A stretch of DNA of 32,000 bases from contig CP064962.1 of assembly GCA_016699145.1 (NCBI GenBank), forward strand, positions 300,001 through 332,000, in the 5' to 3' direction. The number at the start of each line of letters is the position of its first letter. Within the stretch, counting starts at the first letter, position 1. Shown piece after piece: positions 1-7,200 of this stretch. Source of the DNA: Candidatus Saccharimonadota bacterium. GTDB taxonomy: Bacteria > Patescibacteriota > Gracilibacteria > UBA1369 > 2-02-FULL-48-14. Below the pieces are notes generated by a model. It had not been told where the DNA came from and searched no databases. It saw only the letters and a program-made list of their open reading frames with translations. The position numbers were made by a program, and so were the translations under genes.

Positions 1-3000
1 CCCGGAATCGCGCCCGGCGCAGAAAGCGTCAAAGCCTATGCTTGGAACCGCGAAGCTTTTAAAGACTTAATCAAAGACCTCGCCAAAACAGGAGGAGAAA
101 TCGTTCACCCTGAACACAGTTCCCCTTATGACAATGGAGTGATCTATGGAGGCGTGCGAAAAGCCGCAACCACCGGTGAAGAAGGCGGAACCCTTGCTGA
201 AGTGGCCAACCCTGAATACGGAAAAGCCCACCAAAACCTCAGCCAAGTGGATAGAAACAACGACGGCAGCATCGACATCAAAGATTACGAATATGTACAA
301 AGCCTCAAAACAGGCGAAGGCGCTCGCCTGCCCGACGCCCTAAAAAAGTGGACCGTCGCCGATTTTGAAGCCAACAAGCACCGCATCGATCACATGGATC
401 AATTCTGGGATTCCCTGCAAGTGCTCGGTAAACAAAGCGGAAAAACCGAAATGGAACTGCTCAGACCCTTTTTGGATGGAAATAAAATCACCTATCAAGA
501 ACTCTGCCGTCAAGTGTATGGACAAAGTCCCGAAAAGCTTTGGGAAGATTATTCAGAAATGCGCGATGCCTTAACAAGGCAAAACGCTCAATCCGACAGT
601 GAAAAAACAAACATCAAGAAGAAAGACCGCATGGGAGAAAGCAAGGACGAATACTACACCTATGCCGAACTCAAAGCAGCCACTCAAAACGATGAAGCCT
701 TCTTTGAAGCCAGCTATCGCCTGCTCGAAGCCACTCGCGTTTTAGAAAAAAACAAGAGCAGCATTGTGGAAGGATCGGTGGAAAACGGCACCCCAGAAAC
801 AGCCAAAAAATTGGTGGCTCAACTCTTCGATCCCACCGATACGGCTCCCCTTGCCAGACGCACGCTCGGCGAAGTTTTGCGAGGCGAAGAAATCGAAGCC
901 AGCATGGATTCCACTCATCGGGACTACTTAATGAAAGGAGAAAATCGTTACGAAACTCACATCTCTTCCGCAGGAGCGTATGCTTTGCTGCTGGGGGAAT
1001 TCGCCCACGGGGCTGAAATGGACTACAAAGGGCTCTCTGCTCGGCTCACTCAAATGCGCAAGGCCGGTCTTCTGTTTTACGAACAAATGGCTCCTAAAGA
1101 CCAAGAACGCCTCAATCGTTCCCTAGCCAAAGAATGGGGCATTACAGCCGAAGCCGTGCCTGCAAAACTGAAAGCGGCCGCTGAAGGCGCAGCCTTGGAT
1201 GAAAACAAACTCCAGTCTGAAAAGCCCTTCACTCCAGAAGAAATTTTGCTCATTCAATTGGGCATGATTCCCGAGGCCTCTCGCCGTGAAGCCGCAGACG
1301 TCGCCAGCGTAGAACGCATCAAACTCAAAGAAATGAATGAAGAAGCTCGAAACAAAGTGGCCGAGGCCGTCAAAGCCATCGGAAAGGCTTATCAAGAAAA
1401 AACAGGTCAAACTCTCTCCGAAGAAGAGCTCAAGAGCTTGGAACAAGAAGCCTTGAACCAACTCGTCATTCGTGAAAACAAAGGGGCCCTCGGTCTCGCC
1501 TTCAAAGTCAGCGACGGAAACGTGGATGCAGGAGCAGGTTATGCCCGAGAATTGGTCCGTGTGCCCATGGGCGACAAAGGGTACCTCAGCATCAACGCTG
1601 GAGTAGGAGTCGCTTGTATTGAAGAACTCCGCATCGTCGAAACACTCAGCGTGGGCGCCGATGTCAAAGTGGGAACTCGCTTTGGAAAAGAAGACCAAAA
1701 CCGCGCTTCCGCTGCGGTGGGAGCAGCCATCTCTGTAGGAAAGGTGAACCTGGGGGCCAAAGTCGGCATACAAGTCAAAAAAGACAGCGAACGCGTGTGG
1801 TACCTTGGAACCGGAGTGGGAGCCGCAGTGGGCCTCGGCCTTGAAGAAGGCGGCACTTCCGTGAAATTGGCCTACCTGGAAGCAGGCCGTGATTTGAACG
1901 CAGCAGCTCAAAGAAAATTCCGTGAACTCAAAGAAAAAAATCCTGAGTTTGAAAAAGAACTCAACGACTATATTCTTAAAACCTTGGACGCCTATCGCGC
2001 CGAAATCGACGCTCAAACAGAAGGCATGTCCGAAGTGGAAAAAAATCAATACTTGCACATTCTCGCAACCAGCATTGCTGAAATTTATTTGCAAGAACGC
2101 GGCAATGAAGCCATTTCTGAAATGTGTGCCATTCAATTTGGAAAAATTGGAGTTGCTGCCGGAGTCGGTTTGACGGGATTCTTAATCCCTTACTTTGGAG
2201 TTTCCTTCAAAGGACGCCGCGTGGTGCGTTACTTCAAATCTTCCGACGCGCCGAACATGGATGCAATTGCCGAAGCCAAATTGCGTGAACAAATTGCAGC
2301 CGAAACCCAAGGCAGCGTGGGTGACGTGGTCTACCTGTCTGGAAACCTCACCATGACCGAAAGTGGAGAGCGCAGCATTGAAAACTCCATGCTCAAATTC
2401 GAAGAAATGGGCAGCTTGGAAGGCATCAATACGAAACTCCGCGCTCAAGGCATGGAATTGGTGCCCAGCGCCAACGATGCCAGCAAACTTCAACTCAGGG
2501 TCAAAAATGCAGATGGTTTTGTGAACCTCTATATCGATCCTGCCTCTGGCATTCAAGCCTCCATCGGTGCAGATGGAATGGGCTACCTCAACCTGGACTA
2601 CCACGACGCCCTCAGCATTTTGCGCATCGACAAAAACACCGCCTTTAAAGAAGGCGGCGGTGGAGTCAAAAATGTGGACATTTACATCAGCAACAATCCT
2701 CAAAAAACACCCAGCAGCATCAAAGATCAAACCGGAGACCGCCTCACCTGGCGTCAAACCGACATCTACCCTGCTGATTCGGGCAAGAACACCTTGGAAA
2801 CCGCCATGCACATCAAACGAAACACTTATGTGGAAGGCACGGCTGTTTACAAGAACGAAGCAGAAATGTTGGCAGCCATCGCTGCGGATGGACTCGGTGA
2901 TCTCAACAATGTGGACGCCAAAACCGCCCGCGAAACCTTGCAAAAACGCATCCAGGTCATTTTGGAACAGAGTGAAAGCGCCGAGGGTGAACCCCGCGTG

Positions 3001-4071
3001 GAACAACTGGATGAATACATCGACGTACTCATCAAAAGCCGCAGCATCAGCTACATTCAGCTCACCAGCGACGCGGCTTACAGCAAAGCCATTCTAGACG
3101 GTGCCAAAACGAAATTGGGCGGAACTCTGAGCAATGAAGAGGCCACTTATCTCTTGCAAAACTTGCTCGTGGAATCCCGTGCCAAAACCCCAGGCAGTGC
3201 CGAGGCCTTAGCCAAGCACATTTTAGGATGGAACACCGAAGCATTGAACAATTTCTGTGCTCAACATGGACTCGATAAAACCATGAGTGCTCTCATCATG
3301 GAACACTATGCCCAGACACTCAGCGGTTTAGGAGGAGCCGACCTGCCCAGCGAAAGCTTGGGAACAGGTTACGCCTTCCACACGCTCATCGGTCCCACCG
3401 CCACTGGAGAGTTGGGCCGAGGCATCAACTCCAAATTCTCATCTGAATTGGCCGGAACCGAAGCGGTTACGGTAGAAAACCTGATCACAAAATTCGGCAT
3501 GAGCGAAGAACAAGCCAACGCTTTCATTGCCGCTCAATTGAGTGAATTCCGTCACCTCAAAAATGTCAGTTCTGAAAACGCAGACCCCATGACTCGAGTC
3601 CGCTCACCTTTGGGAATGCAACTTTTGGAACAAGCCCCTGCCCTCTTTGATCCTCAAACGGCAGAAGCACTTGTGAAAGCAGTCGAAAGCAAGAGCATCG
3701 ATAAAGAAGCCGCTTATTGGAAAATCTTCGCCGACGCTCTCAATCAATTGGAGACCACAGGCACTTACTTGAGTTCTTCTGGTTACGCACTCTCTCGTGA
3801 CTTCCACATGGTGATGGGCTTCCTCGAAAGCTGTCGCAATTTCACGGTTGCTTACAAAGAAAAATCGTTGACCCTGCGCCAAAGCAGCGTGAAAGGCGTC
3901 AACACCTACCAAGGCGCCACAGGCTCCCTGGGAAACAACTTCACGAGCGCAGCGGCAGCTGTGAAAGTGGCACCTGAACCCAAGCCGAGCGAACAAGGAA
4001 GCGTTGAAGTGATTGATAAACGCCAAGAAGACGGCGGTACAACCGAAAATAAAGATAACACTCTGAATTAG
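1..4071 (+). CDS. Giant hypothetical protein with its 5' end outside the window (1356 codons visible). It has an EF-hand-like loop, a Gly/Ala/Val-rich amphipathic core and a glycine-zipper hydrophobic segment.
   Basis: Frame 1 is open from nt 1 (PGIAPGAESVKAYAWNREAF...). The GTG at 139 used by the ORF track is therefore probably internal. Stop is TAG at 4069-4071. The only other long ORFs here are antisense with low-complexity translations. No family recognised. Confidence 0.85.
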   Translation, partial: PGIAPGAESVKAYAWNREAFKDLIKDLAKTGGEIVHPEHSSPYDNGVIYGGVRKAATTGEEGGTLAEVANPEYGKAHQNLSQVDRNNDGSIDIKDYEYVQSLKTGEGARLPDALKKWTVADFEANKHRIDHMDQFWDSLQVLGKQSGKTEMELLRPFLDGNKITYQELCRQVYGQSPEKLWEDYSEMRDALTRQNAQSDSEKTNIKKKDRMGESKDEYYTYAELKAATQNDEAFFEASYRLLEATRVLEKNKSSIVEGSVENGTPETAKKLVAQLFDPTDTAPLARRTLGEVLRGEEIEASMDSTHRDYLMKGENRYETHISSAGAYALLLGEFAHGAEMDYKGLSARLTQMRKAGLLFYEQMAPKDQERLNRSLAKEWGITAEAVPAKLKAAAEGAALDENKLQSEKPFTPEEILLIQLGMIPEASRREAADVASVERIKLKEMNEEARNKVAEAVKAIGKAYQEKTGQTLSEEELKSLEQEALNQLVIRENKGALGLAFKVSDGNVDAGAGYARELVRVPMGDKGYLSINAGVGVACIEELRIVETLSVGADVKVGTRFGKEDQNRASAAVGAAISVGKVNLGAKVGIQVKKDSERVWYLGTGVGAAVGLGLEEGGTSVKLAYLEAGRDLNAAAQRKFRELKEKNPEFEKELNDYILKTLDAYRAEIDAQTEGMSEVEKNQYLHILATSIAEIYLQERGNEAISEMCAIQFGKIGVAAGVGLTGFLIPYFGVSFKGRRVVRYFKSSDAPNMDAIAEAKLREQIAAETQGSVGDVVYLSGNLTMTESGERSIENSMLKFEEMGSLEGINTKLRAQGMELVPSANDASKLQLRVKNADGFVNLYIDPASGIQASIGADGMGYLNLDYHDALSILRIDKNTAFKEGGGGVKNVDIYISNNPQKTPSSIKDQTGDRLTWRQTDIYPADSGKNTLETAMHIKRNTYVEGTAVYKNEAEMLAAIAADGLGDLNNVDAKTARETLQKRIQVILEQSESAEGEPRVEQLDEYIDVLIKSRSISYIQLTSDAAYSKAILDGAKTKLGGTLSNEEATYLLQNLLVESRAKTPGSAEALAKHILGWNTEALNNFCAQHGLDKTMSALIMEHYAQTLSGLGGADLPSESLGTGYAFHTLIGPTATGELGRGINSKFSSELAGTEAVTVENLITKFGMSEEQANAFIAAQLSEFRHLKNVSSENADPMTRVRSPLGMQLLEQAPALFDPQTAEALVKAVESKSIDKEAAYWKIFADALNQLETTGTYLSSSGYALSRDFHMVMGFLESCRNFTVAYKEKSLTLRQSSVKGVNTYQGATGSLGNNFTSAAAAVKVAPEPKPSEQGSVEVIDKRQEDGGTTENKDNTLN

Positions 4072-4096
4072 TTTTTAAAAAACTACTTTACAAAAC

Positions 4097-4228
4097 ATGA
4101 AAAAGATTATACTCTATACGACTATCTTCAGTTTTCTCCTAGGAAGCGCCTGCGCAACCGAAGAAAACAGAGTCCCTAAAGAAGACGGTAGTACAGTTGA
4201 AACCCCTAGCAATCTCCTCAATCCATGA
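4097..4228 (+). CDS. Small 43-aa putative lipoprotein, below the ORF-track size cutoff
   Basis: My own translation from ATG 4097 is MKKIILYTTIFSFLLGSACATEENRVPKEDGSTVETPSNLLNP*. It has a basic N-terminus, a hydrophobic core and a lipobox-like LLGSA-C. It starts 25 nt after the upstream stop. Its TGA (4226-4228) overlaps the ATG (4225-4227) of the next giant ORF. Confidence 0.55.
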   Translation: MKKIILYTTIFSFLLGSACATEENRVPKEDGSTVETPSNLLNP

Positions 4229-7200
4229 CGATGAAAACCCTCACTACCTTTTTAACAGGAATGTCCCTGAGTCTCTTGCTCGCCGTGGGCATTGCCTACG
4301 CCAGCAATGAAGACACTACAGAAGTCGATTCCATCGACTCTGGGAATTACGATGAAAACACCGACACCACCTGTGACGGCGACACTCACGAACACATTCA
4401 TTACAACGATTCCACGGATACTCGAAGTCGAATGTTCATTGGAGTGGTTCACGAATTCGCCATTGTCTTCGAAGACGATTTTTTAGATAGCGTGGACACC
4501 AGCACCATGACTTGTACCAACGGGGACGGAACCTATCGCAACTGTGGCTTCAATAAAGACACCGACTTGGGCGACGTGGTTTACTCCACCTCCAACGGAC
4601 ACTGGAACGGCGTGACCGTCACTTATCAAACCCTCGATTGGATTGCCGGAAGTCCCGTGGGACTGGTTTGGCGTTACGGAACCGACGCCGATGCCGATGA
4701 CTATGATGACAAACCTTGGCTCGGAAGCGGAGGTCAAAAAGTAGAAGGTATTTCTTTTGAAGCCGAGGACTACAGCATTGAAAGCACCGCTACCACTACA
4801 AGTTGGACCAAAATGGAGTTCTTCTACACCAACCCCAATGGGGATTACATGGACACCGACAACTGGACCCATGTGTATACCAACGACGTTCAAGCTCATC
4901 AAAATGAAGTGGATCCCGATGGAGACTACATCTATTGGTATGGAATCAACGGAACGGCCGTTTCCAACTTCCCTGCGTGTTACGCCGCAGCCTGCGCCTC
5001 TCTCTCCATCACTCCCGAAACAGCCGACTTGAACATGAGTGACGTGTTTTCAGACGTCAGTTTCACGGTCACGGCTACAGGCAGTGACGGAAGCGACATC
5101 ACAGGGGATTCTCGTTTCACCTATTCCATCAATCAATACGGCAGCGCCAATGACGCCGCCGATGCCGATGGCAGCCTCCACTACGGCCCTTTCAGTCGAC
5201 TTCGAAGCAAGAATCCGACCAATATTGCAGACAGCACGGTGATCTTCAGAAACACTGAACCTGGAGACAGCCTTTATGTTTACGTGAGCAACTACGAAGG
5301 GAATTCCTACGAAAGCTCTTGTTACGCCGAAGTAGAACTGCCCTACTGTACCGACCTCAATATCACCAATCCCGTAAGATCCAGCGGCGTGCCCTATATC
5401 GGCCCCGTGCATGGCGACACTTACAGCACCCCCATCGATATTGAAACCGAAACCAGCACCGGCGAAAGCTGGCCGTTCAACGTGACTTATGGATCCACCG
5501 ATCCAGCAGCGACCTTCGACGGCCAAAGCAACCCTTACGTCACCCTCGACACTTCCATTGCAGCTTACACCAGCACAGATTCTGCAACCGTGAGCGTGGG
5601 CCTCAATGATCAAAACAGCGATGGCGAATCCGACGACGTTGCAGGCCTCTGTAACGACACGTTCTACTACATTCTCATCCCCAATCTGTCCACTCCCACG
5701 TGTGATTATTTGGAAATCACTGAACCCACGGGCACCATCACGGCTGAAGCCATGGAAGACGGCAATGTAGAAATTTCTTGGGAATCCTTCCTCACGGATG
5801 GAACCCCCAACCCCAGCACCTATTTGTGCACCAGCTCCAACCCCAACGGACAATTCCGCGATGCCACCGGCAGAACCACTTCCGCCAGCATCAGCACGCC
5901 TTTGACCACTGTGTTTTACACCGGTGAACCCGGCGATAGCATCACCTGTCAAAGCGTCGCTCCTTACAGTGGAGCCGCTTGTGTGGACACCCTCACCAGT
6001 GAAACCGAGGGTGGAGGCGCCGTGTGTGAGGACCTCAGCTTAGACGACCCCTACATTGTCAATGACGACGGCAGCCAAACCCTCATCAACCTAAGCAGTC
6101 AAAACGACTTGCAACGACTTTATGCAGAAGACACCGCTTGCTTCCCCTTTGAAGTGAACGTGGAACCCAACTTCAACGGAACCCTGCAAGCCAGCGCTTA
6201 CACCGACAGTACGCGAAACACTCGAAGCAGCGGATTGCTCTCCCTGAACGTGAACAGCAGCGGTACTTACGTGGGCAACCCCGCCACCATTGGAATCAGC
6301 GAAACAAACAGCTATACCGGCACTCTCTGTTGGGAAAACTTCAGTGAAAACCAAGTTCTCGATCTGCAAGTGGTGGACTCTGAATCCGTTTGTGCCGACT
6401 CAATCACCCTGCCTCCCATTCGCGTGATTGGGGACGACGACGATGATGATGATGACGATGATGACGACAATCCCACTTGTGAAGACGTCGTAGATGTAGA
6501 TGAAATCGATGCCGGAGGAATCTGTGAAGAATATTCCATGGAAGTCTGCGTAGAAGACGAAGACATCGAAGTTGTGAGCAGTGGAGACGAAATCTGTTAC
6601 TACGATGAAGACGACACCGATCACAGTGACCCTATTGACTGCGAAGAAGGTGAACTCACCATCGAAGCAGAGCGCAATCGTGAATGTTACGAGGTTGAGA
6701 TTGAAGGCAACGTGTGCAGCGGCGAAATCAGCGTCGAATACAACGGCCAAGTCTGTTACGACGACAGCCCCGAACAAGAAGAAGTGGGCGTGCTGAACAA
6801 GTACATCTACACCTTCAACTTCAGCTCTGAAAAAGTTTACAATTCCGATGAAGACGTCTTCTTCACTCACGACGAAGACCGCACCTTCTACACTTTGGAA
6901 TACACCCCTGCCGGAGCCGAAGACACTCTCGTCTTCACCGACGACATGTGGGACAGCAATGGAATCGAAGGAGTTTTCGGTGACGGAGCCAATGAATCCA
7001 CTCAAGGACACATTTGGCTTGCAGAAGAACTTTCTGAACTCACCGATTATCAATACAACTATCAAACCATCAAATCCTTTGGTTTTGGAGAAGAATACGA
7101 AGCCGGTTCCCAAGGCCTCGCCGACTACGTTTCAGGTTTCACCGAAAGCAGTTATCAAAGTTTCGTGGCTTACCTGCAATACGAAAACAGCAGCGATCCC

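Noticed and set aside
427-447. GKQSGKT in the first giant protein resembling a Walker A P-loop.
   Set aside because: The spacing is GxxxGKT, not [AG]xxxxGK[ST], and no Walker B or NTPase context is evident.
472-504. A possible second EF-hand (FLDGNKITYQE) that could pair with the loop at 250-285.
   Set aside because: The register is off by one and positions 1 and 3 are not acidic. It lies ~70 aa from the first loop, too far for a standard EF-hand pair.
1-4071. The idea that the first giant protein is a phage tape-measure protein, being long, helical and carrying Gly-rich hydrophobic segments.
   Set aside because: No other phage structural, integrase or terminase genes are present in the window. 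The gene is followed by a lipoprotein and a secreted modular protein rather than tail genes. The idea is kept only as an alternative to be excluded by profile searches.
4387-4401. An HExxH motif (HEHIH) near the N-terminus of the giant exoprotein, suggesting a zinc metalloprotease.
   Set aside because: It sits in a short polar His/Asp-rich stretch (DGDTHEHIHYNDSTD). There is no hydrophobic helix context and no downstream third ligand motif. It is more likely a chance match or a simple metal-binding patch.
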